A DNA stretch of 64,000 nucleotides from Xylographa opegraphella (Eukaryota): NCBI GenBank assembly GCA_022813865.1, contig JALDZX010000032.1, positions 62,001 to 126,000 on the forward strand, given 5' to 3'. Positions within the stretch are counted from its first letter, which is position 1. Each line of letters starts with the position of its first letter. The notes beneath the pieces are model-generated. The model did no database searches. It was not told where the DNA came from and saw only the letters and a list, made by a program, of their open reading frames with translations. A program made the translations under genes and the position numbers. This document shows, piece after piece, positions 23,683 through 36,046 of this stretch.

Positions 23683-24603
23683 TCACACACCCCCCATCCC
23701 ATCCACATCCCCGACCTTATCATCACCATCACCGTCGCCGACAACGCGGGGGGTACGCCTCCTCGCGGCGACGAGCTTGGTGCTCGCCTTGCGCGGGTTC
23801 TTGGCCTCGAAGACCTCGTCGAGCTCCTCGAGGGTGCGGCCCTTGGTCTCGACGAAGAGGAAGTAGATGAAGGCGAACTCGAAGAGGTCGAAGAAGACGA
23901 AGAAGACGTAGAACCAGTAGCCGATCTGGGTTGGGGGGGGGGGGGGGTTAGTTTCTGTGGGGGGTTTGGAGTTTTTTGTGGGGGGAAAAAGGGGGGGAGG
24001 AAGGAAAGGAGGGGGCAAAGACGTACGTTGGACAGCGCGACGGGCGCAGCGAACGTGTTGACGAAGCCGGAGGCCCCGCTCGTGAGCTGAAACACGCCCA
24101 TGCCCTTGGCGCGCATGTCGTTGGTGAGGACCTCGCCCGGGTAGATGGGCTGCATGGACGTGTACGCGATGGCGAAGGTGACGCCGAAGATGTAGATGAA
24201 GGCAATGGACGCGGCCGAGGCCTGCGAGCTGCCCGTCTCGACGTAGCCGGCCGCCGTGCCGGCCGTGATCGAGAGGCAGAGGATCATGCCCGCCGTCGAG
24301 ATGAGGAACATCTTGCGCCGCCCCACCACGTCGTGCAGGCGCGCGCCCATGATCGCCGCGATCCAGCCCGTGATCGCGTACACGGCGTTCAGCAGCAGGA
24401 TCGTGTTCGTGTTCGTGACGCCGACGTTTTTGAGCAGGTACGGGAGGTAGTACGATATCACGCTGCATGGTCGAGGTGTCAGCCAATCACGTTCGGCCAT
24501 GTCCAAGATAAAAAGAAGGTGGGTGGGCAAAAGGGGAGGGAGGGTTTGGGGGGNNNNNNNNNNNNNNNNNNNNNNNNNNNNNNNNNNNNNNNNNNNNNNN
24601 NNN

Positions 24604-24665
<62 letters not shown>

Positions 24666-25966
24666 GGCATACTTGTTCCCCGAAAACTGCCCGAACCAGC
24701 TGAAGGCAATGTTGAGCATCATGCGGTAGCGCCGGCTGCGGGTGCGGAACAGGTCGCGCAGGTTGAAGTACTGCTTCCAGTTGGTCATGGGGTGGGCTCG
24801 CAGCGAGTCGCTCATCTCCCGCATCTCGAGGTGCACGATCGGGTGGTCGCCGTCGCCGTTGGCGTGGTACTTGGTGATGATGACGCGGGCCTGGTCGTGC
24901 CGGTCTTTGGCGACGAGCCTGGGAGAAGGGTCAGTCAGTCAGTCTTGCGCCTTTTTGGACGAGTCTGCAGCATGCAACGTACCACCGGGGCGACTCCGGA
25001 CAGAACAAAATGCCGACACACGTGATGCCCGGGCAGAGCATCTGGAGCCAGAGCGGGAGCCGCCAGTCGAGGTTGCCCATGCCCGCGAGATTCAGATGCG
25101 AGCCGTAGACGGCGAAGGTGGCGATGATGCTGCCCATGTACCAGGTCGTGTTGTACAGACCGGCGATGGTGCCCCGATACTGCGGCGGCGCGATCTCGAG
25201 GAAATAAAGGGGCGCCGCGGTCGTGGCGAAGGTTCCGAAGAAGGAGAGCAGGAACCGGCCTCCGGTGAAAATGGGGATCGTAGTTGCCGTCGAGACAACA
25301 ATGGTGCCGATGATGACGCCCAGGCAGCCGATGAAGATGACTCGCTTGCGGCCTTGCCAGTCGGCGAGCCAGATGAACAGTGCACCGGCCATTTGACCGA
25401 TCTGGAGTTTCGGTCAGCCTCGCACTTGGAAGGGACGAGCGGATGAGGGAGCAAGGATTCTTGCCTGGAAGATAGCAAAAACAATGCCAGTACCAGCATT
25501 TCCTTCGGGAGGCAATCCGAAGTACGCCGTATAGGAGGGCAGAGCATTGATACTGCCCATCAACGAGCCGTCGTAGCCTTGGCACATCAGCACACAGCAC
25601 ATATATCTTGATCGTCCGTACGGATACGGGAAAAGCGCCTACCGTTCATAGTCGCCGTCAAGAAGATGATAGCGCTGAACATATACAGCTTGAGATAGCC
25701 GGGGCCTAAGCAGAAGCAACGGTGAGTACGAGAAAATCAGAACCACATCATGCAGCCACATTCAACGACAGTGGCAACGTACCCCACGGATTAGGAGGAT
25801 TGTCCTCAATCGCAGCGGCGTAGTCGGCGTTGGCAACATTCGACCCCGAACGCTGGGCCAGCTTCTCGTCCGCCAGAGCGCCATGGTCACTGGTACTCGA
25901 GCTCGCGGTGTGGGCACGAGCATTCTCGTCGTGCTCAGAGTACGGATGGGCTTTCTTTTCCTCCAT
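23683..25966 (-). CDS. MFS sugar porter, LAC12/CDT (lactose/cellodextrin permease) subfamily
   Basis: Motifs [63 protein letters not shown] and [15 protein letters not shown]. Several introns; one contains an assembly N-gap. Confidence 0.9.
24546..24663. other. Assembly gap (N run) flanked by a poly-G tract, inside a transporter intron
   Basis: About 50 N followed by about 60 G. A second poly-G run lies at ~23933-23947 in another intron. Confidence 0.95.
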
Positions 25967-26600
25967 TGTTATGCGTAGCGTAGGTTAATTTTCCCGTGCA
26001 GAGTGGAAAGAGAGGAGGGCGAACAACAGGACATATATACAAAGGGACGACGACATGGTATTGCTGATCTGCGTAAAACATCACCGGTTCGATTCGGGGT
26101 GGAACAGCACCGGCTCCTTTGATGGGCTGACGGCGAGCGTCATAACACATGTGAAGACGACGTTGTGAAAGCGTGTGAAGACGTACGAGGCAGCGTGTCA
26201 GGATTCGCACAATCAGTGAGCGGCAGTTCCAATCATCATACCCCGCATTCCAACCGATGAGTCGAAAGATATCGCGAGTTGAAAGCAAGAGACGGTGTTG
26301 TGCCTGATTGGTGGACGACGCGAGCGCTCTTGGCGGAGAAACTGAGAGAGACACGGAGGTGACAAGGAAGATCTCCGCCAACTCGCTTGCATTTGTATTT
26401 CTCCGTCGATCGCTTCGCTTCTTCCGACCCTAGACTACCCCGGATACAAAAAGCTCTACCCCGGATTTTTACCCCACACACTTACTTTTGGCCACGTGCC
26501 CCCCTGTCACGCCCCCGCTATCAGCCTCTGCCCACTTTCCCTCCACGCCTCCTGCTTCTCCGTACCTTACTCCGTTCCATCGTCACCGTCAGCGGGTCGC

Positions 26601-29349
26601 TTAAGCTTGCCCTTTGCCTCCCTCGCCATGACCGAGATAGGTCCAGCTCAGCGGCTTATCTGATGCCAAGAGCCCGGAGATGGTCACTATCTGCTCGTCT
26701 CCAGGTGCGACGTCCAAGGAGCTATCGCTCACGAGGACTCCCTCTCGTTCTTCGAACACCAAGCCTTTCACCGGCTTCTTGCTGGAGATATGCATTTTGT
26801 GGCCGTGGAATGCAACCTGCAGGTCCTGCTTCTCGAACGGGAGATACTTGTAGGGCTGGGGCCAGTCCATGTCGCGGGCGACCACTTTCCCGTCAACGAG
26901 GAGTCGTGCCGCCAATACGTGAGGCTCCTCCTCCACGTTGTTGATGACGCCGCTCATGATGTCCGTCGCTCCATTGCTCGCGATTTCGACATCCTGCTTC
27001 AGAATGGTCGACTTGACCTCCGCACCGCTGCTGATCGATATGAACCGAAGCTCAATGCTGGCCTGGACTTTCTTCTGCAAGCTGCTGGAGACCCAGAGCT
27101 GGTACTTCGTCGTCTTGGACGGCCGTGCGTGCGTCACGCTCCAATCTTGGTGCTCCCGTTGGACCCCAATGGCGAGAGGGGCCAGTACCCTTGCGACCGA
27201 GTAATAGGCCGGCTTCTTGCGCAGAAAGTAGTCGACTATGGCCCACGACGTACACGGCCAACTGTCCGGGAGTTGCCAAAGGAGAGCACCTCCGCAGAAT
27301 CGATCGCCCCACTGCCGCCGCCATCCACGGTAGGCATACATCATGGCTTCGGCTTGAGCGAGTTGCGTAAGATGAATATAACCCTGTCTCTGATTCAGCA
27401 TCATTTCACCAAAGGGAAACGGAGAACCGTTTGTACCTTGAGACCCGTCTCCAAGCGGAAGTTCTCAATGATGTACAGCGCATTCCGCCTCTCGTGCCCG
27501 TTCGCCTTGTTGTGGAAGTCGATCGTGTGCGATTGAGGATAGAGCTCTTTCGAATCGGTCACAAAGTGCTCGATGGTCTCCATATGCGGGAAGGCCTCGA
27601 GACCGAATTCGCTGTTGAAACGACCACCGATCTGATCGTAGACCTGATACTTTTCCTGCGTACCGTGCCATACTGTCAAAACTGTCAGCGTCGAGTTCTT
27701 TATCGAAGACATGGGTTTTTACCATTCCACTGATGCAGATCTCCTACTGTCTGATCGTAGACCGAAATCTTGCGCCCGCCCTCACTCCACGGAGACCCAG
27801 GCCAGTAGGGAACATTTGAACTTTCTGCCATTGTCACATCGGGCAGCAACTTCTCGTAGATATATCGAGCGGGGAAGTCCGTCTTCAGCCAATGCTGAGG
27901 ATCGGTGTCCTTGTAGTCATATTCCAGGTTATAGCGTTCTTGGATCTGGTAGTCCTCGTTGTTTCCGGCATAGATTGTTATCGACGGGTGATGGCGTAGA
28001 CGACGGAGCTGCACGGTGGCTTCTTCCTTCACGGATTCTAGAAATTTGGGAAATGCGGGATAGTTGCCGCAGGCGAACATGTAATCATGCCAGATCATGA
28101 TGCCCAACTCGTCACATGTGTCGTAGAAAACGTCTTCTTCCCAAATCCCACCTCCCCAGATTCTGTAGATCGTGTCAGTCCACGAAATGGATCAGACATT
28201 CCTGATGCCGCTCACCTGGTCATTACTTGATTGCCATCAACCATCAACTGTAGCCATTTCCGGTACCTATGGTTCGATATACGGGGAGTGAAATGGTCAG
28301 CCGGGATCCAGTCCGAGCCTCCGCAGAAGACATCCACTCCGTTGATCCTGAAGTAGAAAGATTTGCCGTGCTTGTCTTTGTCCTGAACCAATTCCACCTT
28401 CCGAAGACCGGTCTTTTTGGTTTTGGTGTCGAGCACGCTTTCACCGTGCACGAGGCTTGCAGTAAGCTCATATAAAGACTGCTCGCCGTAGCCATGAGGA
28501 TACCATAGAGCTGGCTTATGAACCCTGAACTCCACCTTGGCAAGCCCGTCATCTCCGACCTTTGCTGACTCTTGCAGGACTACATCGCTTCCGAGGCGGA
28601 GGTTGAACGCCACGCTGTGCCCGGCACCGCCCTCTACATTTGCAAACGCGGTGCCGGTGGCAGAGTTGAAGTCCTTGGAGATTTCATAGTCCAGCCACAG
28701 GTCCGCAACTCGGCCATTATATGTCTCCAGACGAACCTCTCTCCATGGTCCACAGGTCATCAGAACTGGGCCCCAGTCCCAACCCCAATGGAACTGTGCC
28801 TTTCTTACTCCCAACCTAGCCATTTCACCATTCGAACCTAACCATCTGTGATCGGGATGCTCTTTCTCGATCTCCCGAGCTCGTAAAAGAGCCGAATCGA
28901 AGTCGATTTCAATGGTATTGTCCTCGCTCGACTTGTAATTCTTGGTGATATCGACGCGTTGTGGGACAAACATATTGTCACTCTTCAAAATTGTCTCTCC
29001 GTTCAGCTTGACATGAGCCAGGGTGTCAAGGCCATCGAATGCCAATACAAGGGAAGCTCCGTCCTTCACGTCCACTTTGGGTAGTGTCTTCCGATAAGTC
29101 CATGTCTTCTCACCGACCCATTCGACCGTCAATTCGTTCATACCAAGAAAGGGGTCGGGGATTCTGAGTACAGGATTGTCAGACAATGCACAGGGTTTTG
29201 ACCTTCTCGACTTACTTTTTGTTGGCCATAAGGTCCAGATGGACCATGGTGGGCACCTTCGCAACTGGCATCCAAGCATCGGCATCTTGGACGTCGGTCT
29301 GCCTGAAAGACCAGCCTGTGGTCAAGACTTGGGCTGAGAGCTGCTTCAT
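26601..29349 (-). CDS. GH2 beta-mannosidase, predicted intracellular
   Basis: RKAQFHWGWDWGP, GSDWIPAD, IWGGGIWE, WHDYMFACGNYP, GNNE (acid/base), FNSEFG (nucleophile) and GALLWQLPDSWP. The start MKQLSAQVLTTGWSF has no signal peptide. Confidence 0.93.
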
Positions 29350-29965
29350 GGTGGCTCAGGGGACGGTGATTCACTCGCTGTACTTCTCGTTGAAGGACTT
29401 CCTATACCGAGAGCTGCAATCAACGTGGTGAAGCTTTCCGAGTACATATGCAACGGATCCGACTTCCGACACCGCATCAGCTCCATGGTCAATTGTGCAA
29501 GAGGGGATTTTCGATTAGTGGATAAATTTGGATGTTCGGAGAGACTTTTGGATGATGCATGTGGGGTTGGGCAAGGTTGACGGGGACGGCTTACCGACAG
29601 CGCTATGGCTGGAAGCGGGACACGGACCATTGGTCGAAGCTCCGCGTACGAAAGAAAGCTAGCGGCATTCCGCATCGACATCAATCCGTAACGTCCGGAG
29701 GATGATCGGATGCAAAGAAAGTTGAATAATTTGTGTCTATCATGGTTTTCCTGTCTACGGCCTTTACTCATCATCAGTGGTCTCCACCTTCCTTCACCGA
29801 TCCTGTCTGTGGTGTGATCCAACCGCAACCAATGCCAATGCAACTATCAAGTGAGGAGTACCCTTAGTCCTCACGGAGCACCATGCCGTTCCTGCCCCTC
29901 GACCTATAATCTTGCCGCTCCAGCCCATGCTGTCCAATCTTTCGTTTCTGCAACCGCCTATTCCC

Positions 29966-30731
29966 TCACTTCAAAAGCGCTGTGCTCAAGGTGCAAGAGT
30001 ACAAGTCAGCATTGTACGACGGCGACTTCGGTGCCGGGACTTGATACCCGCACGAAGGGGAGCAGCCTTCGTCTGCGTGCTCTTGCGTTCGCGAATTGGC
30101 ATGGTCTTCTTCATAGCCAATCTTGGCCGCCTTCCAAGGTATCAAGACTTCAATGTATTCGAGCTCTCGCGCCACGTCTATGCGTCCTTTCCGGTCAATC
30201 CATCTGTGCAACAGCGGTGCGTAAAGTGCATTATGGAGGGGACCGCTGCGCGTGCCAATTTTCAATTTGCCGGGGTGATGCACGAGGTCGAGGAGATGCT
30301 CGAGACAAGGGATGTGGTAGACGGAGGTTTCGCGCCTCGGGCCATCTGCCGTGTGCCCGTCAGCTTGAATGCTTTTGCCTTTGTGGTCTGGAGAACATGC
30401 CTGACCACTCCAGAGACAACCGGTACACCAAGAGCTGCTTGAGGCTCTCGCATTGATATTTGTCAGGTTCCTCGTCAACGAGACAAGGCGAGCCTTGACA
30501 CATTGTATTTCTGTCATCCAGAAGAAGAATGAAGGTGGTATCTCGTTGCATGATGTCCGCTATTTCGCGTCTCTCGTTCTCAGTCTCTGCAGCTTGCGTC
30601 ATCGGCTCTTCTTGTTCTTCTCGTAGATCTTCAATTGTATCTTCATCCGAAGTACAGTACGAGGAGGCATGAGACTCCTCGTCAGTTGGGTCGGGATCTT
30701 GTTTTACTTTCTTGCGAGGGGGGGCGCCCAT
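29966..30731 (-). CDS. Hypothetical protein with NLS and putative PARP-type-like zinc finger; needs a GC-AG intron
   Basis: MGAPPRKKVKQ... joined via the proposed intron 30346-30400 (GCATGT...GCTGAC...GGCAG) gives CQGSPC...YRLSLEWSDGPRRETSVYHIPCLE. The 3' end is uncertain. Confidence 0.55.
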
Positions 30732-31099
30732 TGTTGAGATTTTTAGAACTCTGGATGTGATATTCTCTACTCGATGTGAAACTCCGTATCCAATAAAGTA
30801 ACGATGTGCAGTGAAAGCAGTGCAGTGGCTGGAGAGTACAAGAGTTACCGTGATGCTTAAGGATGAAGAACAACATCCTCGGCCAATCGAGCACAGAGAG
30901 CACATCTGGCCGTACGGAAGGAAACGTCAAGGGAAGGCAGGCGCAAACTCCTCCGTACAGCGCGATGCAGCACAGCCAGCAGCAGGCACGACCTCTCCTG
31001 TAGCCATAGCATCCAGAAAACACCAGCATACAATGTCTCCGTGCTCGATGTTTTTCTCAATGAATGGTCAGTCGGTCAGTCGGTCAGTAATCGCATACG

Positions 31100-31265
31100 C
31101 ATCTCCCATCCTCCATCTCCCATCCCCCATCTCCCATCCCCCATCTCCCATCCCCCATCTCCCATCCCCCATCTCCCATCCCCCATCTCCCATCCCCCAT
31201 CTCCCATCCCCCATCTCCCATCCCCCATCTCCCATCCCCCATCTCCCATCCCCCATCCCACATCC
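31100..31265. repeat. Microsatellite-like tandem repeat (CCATCTC/CCATCCC 7-mers, 14-bp period)
   Basis: Directly visible; it produces the spurious MGDGRW/PSPISHP ORFs. Confidence 0.95.
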
Positions 31266-31996
31266 GAAAGAGAAGGAGTAAGTTTATGAATCATGTATCA
31301 AGTCCCTTAGTGGGAGGAAGGAGTGGTAGTAGTAGTATTTCAAGGTCGTAGAATGAAAAAGTGCAATCTCGACTGCGTACATCTGTAAGTTACATCTACA
31401 TTTTTATAGACTCGTTCACCGCACGATGTTGTGACGAGTTAAGTTATGAGTAGTCTAGTGATTTGGGGAAAAAAGGCATCGCACCCGGTTCGAATTTCCT
31501 CTCTTTGACGAACAAACCATACCAATCGCATCAATCGCATCCAAATTACAAGCACAATCAGATTCACAATCACAGTCACAATTAAAACCACAATCAAGAA
31601 GCCATCGCTCTATTACACATCTATTGATTACCTCCTACCTAGCTGCTGCTGCTGCTACTGCTGCTCGCATAAGTACCGTCCTCCGCTCCCCCCGCACAGT
31701 CCACCAGTGCCTGTTCATAGCTCATCAGACCCTCTGTCTCCCGCCCCCATATCCCCAACATTACCACGCCCGGGCTCAAAAGATTGACAAGGGTATTTCT
31801 GAGGCACACAAAGACATACAAATAACAAAAAAACGTTGCTCCGACCCATTCGGCGCAAAGCTGGGGGGGAAATATGTAACAGAAGAAGGGTATCTCATGG
31901 CTTCGCACGTGCAAGTATGCATCAAACTGGTATGGACAATATGACATTTGGGTTTTCCAAGACCGACCCACCCGTTCCGAGCGAAGGAGTGCTGCT

Positions 31997-33134
31997 TCAG
32001 AGGAAAGCGAGGGCGACGAGACCGGCGATCCCGCCGAGCGCGGGACCGGCCATGTGACCGGCCATGGCAGACGAGGTGGCGCTGGCTGCACCGGCGCCGC
32101 CCGAGGTACCGCTGGGAGGCTAGACAAGAATGTTAGCCCCCGCGGAATGTGGTAGCGATGGAGTGAGAGAGTGCTAGGGGACTTACTTGAGTGGTGGTGA
32201 TGGTCGAGCCGGCCGAGTCAGTCGTGGTCACGACGGTGCCGGTCGGGGTGCCGGTCATCATGGTGGTGGTGATGGTCGAGCCAGCCGAGTCGGTCGTGGT
32301 GATGACGGCACCGCCGGCGCCGCCCGTCATGGTGCCGTTCTGGGTGACGGTCGTGACCACGGTCATCCCGGCGGAGTTGGTGCCGGTGAGAACGACCACC
32401 CCGCCTGCGGTCCCGGTGCTCATGGTGGAGTTCTGCGTCACGGTGGTCACGACGGTCATGCCAGCAGAGTTGGTGCCCGTGAGCACGATGATGCCTCCGG
32501 CTCCGGCGCCGGTCGGAGTGCCGGTGGCATTGCCGCCGGCGGTGAGGGTCTCGGTGGTGACGGATGAGCCGATGGTGGTGGTGATGGTGACAAAAACGGC
32601 CGATGTGTCAATGGCGCCGAGAGTGGTGGTGACGGCCATGCCGGCGGAGTTGGTGCCCGTGCTGATGACCAAGGTGCTCGTTCCCGCCGTCTGTGTGGCG
32701 GTCACGGTCGCGACGGATCCCGAGGCTGCATTAGCTAGAATGCGCGTCAGTTCCAGCTCTCGTCTCGCATGGAACGGTCAACACGTACCGGCACAGAACT
32801 GGGTGCCAAAGTTGACAACAGTGGCCGCATCGGCCGCGGAGCAGGACTCGTTGCTGCAGTCCCGCACGCCGTAGAGGAAGTTCTCGTTCTTGCACAAGCA
32901 GGCCACGTCGCTCTGGTTGGGGCAGCCTAACGACTGGGCCTGGCCGAGCATGTTGATGACACACACTTGCTGCAATTGCCATCAGCCCGTCATCCTCATG
33001 TACGCGAACTTCATCCGATTGACGGGGGGGACAAGACTTACACCACATTTGGGCAGATTGGGGATCTGTGTGATGTTCACTTGGGCATAGGTCGCAGCTG
33101 CAAAGAGCGCACCGACGAGAGCGAAACTCCGCAT
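31997..33134 (-). CDS. GPI-anchored CFEM-domain cell-surface protein with Thr-rich repeats
   Basis: Signal peptide MRSFALVGALFAAATYA; 8-Cys CFEM LPKCG|QVC..GCPNQSDVACLC..GVRDCSNESC..FC; Thr-rich repeats; hydrophobic tail LGGIAGLVALAFL*; three introns. Confidence 0.92.
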
Positions 33135-34387
33135 TGTTGATTGATGGTCGGGTGTTGATCTGATGAGATGGGCAAGAAATGCTCTGTGGAATTGACTGAG
33201 CTCTCGGGTAGAATACGTGACAGAGCAGGTGACTGATAGCAATCTACTTTGAGGAGAGATGCAGGAAGAAGAGGAATCCAAAGGGGGTGGTGGGTGAGAT
33301 GTGGGTTTTGTTTGTGGATGGGAGAAAGAGATGGATGGGTCTGGGGGGAAGGGAAAGGAAAGTAGGTAGCTATCTCTCTAGTGGGAAGTTTCTTTCAGAG
33401 CGAGAGAGAGCTTCTCGCACGTACCGAACTTCGTACCTTGGCTCTTCCCCTTAGTGTGATGATGAGCCCACGCCCAAATGAAGCGGGAGCGACGCGTGAA
33501 ATTGCACTCGAACCTTGGCATTGCACCTTGGCACCTTCATTCACACGCAACGAGAAAAGCAGGTTCGGCCAGAGGAGGACGATGCACGAAAGTTGGCTGT
33601 ACCGGGGTCATATCGCGCAAGGGTACGTCGAGCTTCGTCGCAGCACTGCTATTGGGTGGTAGCCACGACGAGCAGGACTACGGTACGATAGCTTTGCAGA
33701 TGGGAGAAGCAAAGGTCGGGATTGAGGGTGGAGCAAGGCGCTTGCTGCGGCGCCTTCCCACTGGTCCATTGCAGCTTTGTGGGCGTCTGTCATTGGTCCA
33801 TCCCGACCTTTCCCACTTCCCGTCGCCAGGGGCAACATTTCCGCTCTATCTACTCCAAGCCCGGCCCCTCCGTAGCGAGCGCCCTGGATGAAAAAGGCTC
33901 CTTTGCCAGCTGAAGATGAGGGCTGTGGCGGCCGAGCCAGACCCCGACCCTGCTTCGGCCATTCTTTCTTTTCTTTGTTCCATCGGACCCTGGGATGGAG
34001 AAGGTGTGCGACGCGTCTCTTTGCACCCGGAACATCGAATGAACATACGCGGCTTTCAGTATCACGCAGTTTGCCTCCGTCGGGGTGTGACGCATGAGTG
34101 TGACCATGATTGAACACTCCCCCCGAAAGAGAGTGCCCTTGATCCTGAAGCCTTGTTCAAGCTGGGGAAATGACGTCGGCATGACCTGTGGCGGTGCATG
34201 CGTGATCGCTTCTGACTGGTCGACGCCCCACGAAAGGAAAACAAATTGCAAGGACGACGACCCAATCTCCGTCCTCCTCCCCGGGAATGGGGATAGCCAG
34301 TGCCAGCGCAGACATGGTGGCATCCTGCGATCTGGTGGCGCGATTGGTGTAACTGGCCTCGAGTGGCCGACGTTAACTCGATAAATA

Positions 34388-34681
34388 ATGTATACGAAGC
34401 GTCTCGCCTCACTGGTTATCATCGTCGTCGTGCTATTGGCATTGGGGTATCATTCTCGTGATATAATAGCAGTAATCTCATCTCACTCTTCAAGCCCATA
34501 CGCTTCCCCTAAACTACCTACCTCGACACCGACCGCTCATCCCAAACCCCTTCCTCCCTCCCTCCCCACCAATCACCGCCACACCCCCGTCGCGCGACCG
34601 TCAGCACCCTATCCGAATCTCATCTCCACCGCGACGCCCCATCCCCCTATCCGCTACTCGCCACTGGACCGCAAATGTTGA
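34388..34681 (+). CDS. Possible small type-II membrane protein or truncated gene
   Basis: ATG in good context (AAATAATG); MYTKR + hydrophobic LASLVIIVVVLLALGY + Pro/Ser/Thr-rich stem; stop after 97 aa. Confidence 0.3.
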   Translation: MYTKRLASLVIIVVVLLALGYHSRDIIAVISSHSSSPYASPKLPTSTPTAHPKPLPPSLPTNHRHTPVARPSAPYPNLISTATPHPPIRYSPLDRKC

Positions 34682-35129
34682 AATGAAGGTCGTTCATGCC
34701 GTCCACGATGGCCAAAAACTCACTTGAACGGCGCATGGATCATCCTCTCACCATCGGCTGCCCTCAGTGCGTGACCAGCAGCTCCCTTGTTTAAAATTAT
34801 ATCTATTACGGAGTATGTATATTTATATCTCAAATGCAAAGCACGCAGAATGCACCGTGGATCGTTCGCCTGGTCGATCATACTGCAGATCAGGACCCCA
34901 GCTTTTTTTTGCATCATCGATCGTCACTCGTGCCTGAGCTGGACTGCAAGACTGCTTGCTAAAGATAGCCCACACGACCCGCGTGCCGATCTGCGAACAT
35001 GGAAAATGAAGGTACCCGTCAATCCCGTCGGTATAGTAATAGTCTCCGTAGTACAAACTTCTTGACCCCTCAGCATTCACCGGCCATAAAGCCCTTCATG
35101 AAGCACATCACATCAAGCCACCCCACCTC

Positions 35130-35238
35130 CCTCCTCCCCTTCCCCCTCTCCTCCTCCCCTTCCCCCTCTCCTCCTCCCCTTCCCCCTCTCCTCCTCCCCT
35201 TCCCCCTCTCCTCCTCCCCTTCCCCCTCTCCTCCTCCT
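35130..35238. repeat. Homopyrimidine 20-bp tandem repeat (CCTCCTCCCCTTCCCCCTCT)n
   Basis: About 5.5 copies, directly visible. Confidence 0.95.
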
Positions 35239-35794
35239 GAAGCAAGGCGGCTCATAGGTACCTAATCATAAGGTACTATGAGTCTAGAGCGCTTAGGCTT
35301 TGCTTGTTACTAGCGTCTTGAAACTCAACTCTTGCACGGCTGGAACCCTTGCTTCCTTCAGGACAGCTGCTCGGAGAATATAGCGATCTTGATCCCGAAG
35401 CACTCGCTGTGGGTGGGGACATCCATGAATGCATGGAAGCAGAGTCACAAACTCACGGAAGCAGAGTCTGCAACAGCATTCATGGTCGAAGTGACTCTCA
35501 AAAGCGGCTTCGATCATCGAGGTGCCCATGCGCTTGAGCTTGCTCCCAATACCGACCCCAGGCTCCAATACCTCCACAGCCAAAAACAGAAACGCGGACC
35601 CAGGAGCCAGCTGAAGATAGACGAAAACTCCGTCACGTCCTGCCGAACGTACAAAGCGAAAAATAAGGGACGCTTGATGGCTGAGGCTATGGCCGTTGTT
35701 TGATATGGGAAGGACCGAAAGCATGCCGGGTAAGCTATTTGGGGGGTATTGGCAGATGCTAGCTGTGGTGGCGTTGGAGGTACCAGATGGCAGA

Positions 35795-35831
35795 GGCACC
35801 AGACGGCACCAGACGGCACCAGACGGCACCA
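35795..35831. repeat. 11-bp tandem repeat (GGCACCAGAC-type units)
   Basis: GGCACCAGAC-type unit repeated 3-4 times. Confidence 0.85.
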
Positions 35832-36046
35832 ATGATTTCGAATAGATCTTTTTCGAAGTTGGGCTCGCACTCAGGTAACCCGTCTAGGATATCGCATACG
35901 AATCACAGTCGTTCTACAGACGACAGACAAACCATTCCACAGTGCAGTATGTGCTGCTCGAGGGATATTGTGACGCCAGTAACGCCAACGCTAGCATGCA
36001 GCCCAAAACGTCTATAGAAGGTCATCATACAGTAAAATCACCTTTA

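Noticed and set aside
23976..25446. Long + strand ORFs (349 aa, 234 aa)
   Set aside because: Antisense shadows of the GC3-rich transporter gene; one runs through the N-gap and poly-G.
31460..31500. tRNA/Pol III B-box-like GGTTCGAATT
   Set aside because: No cloverleaf, acceptor stem or A-box can be built around it.
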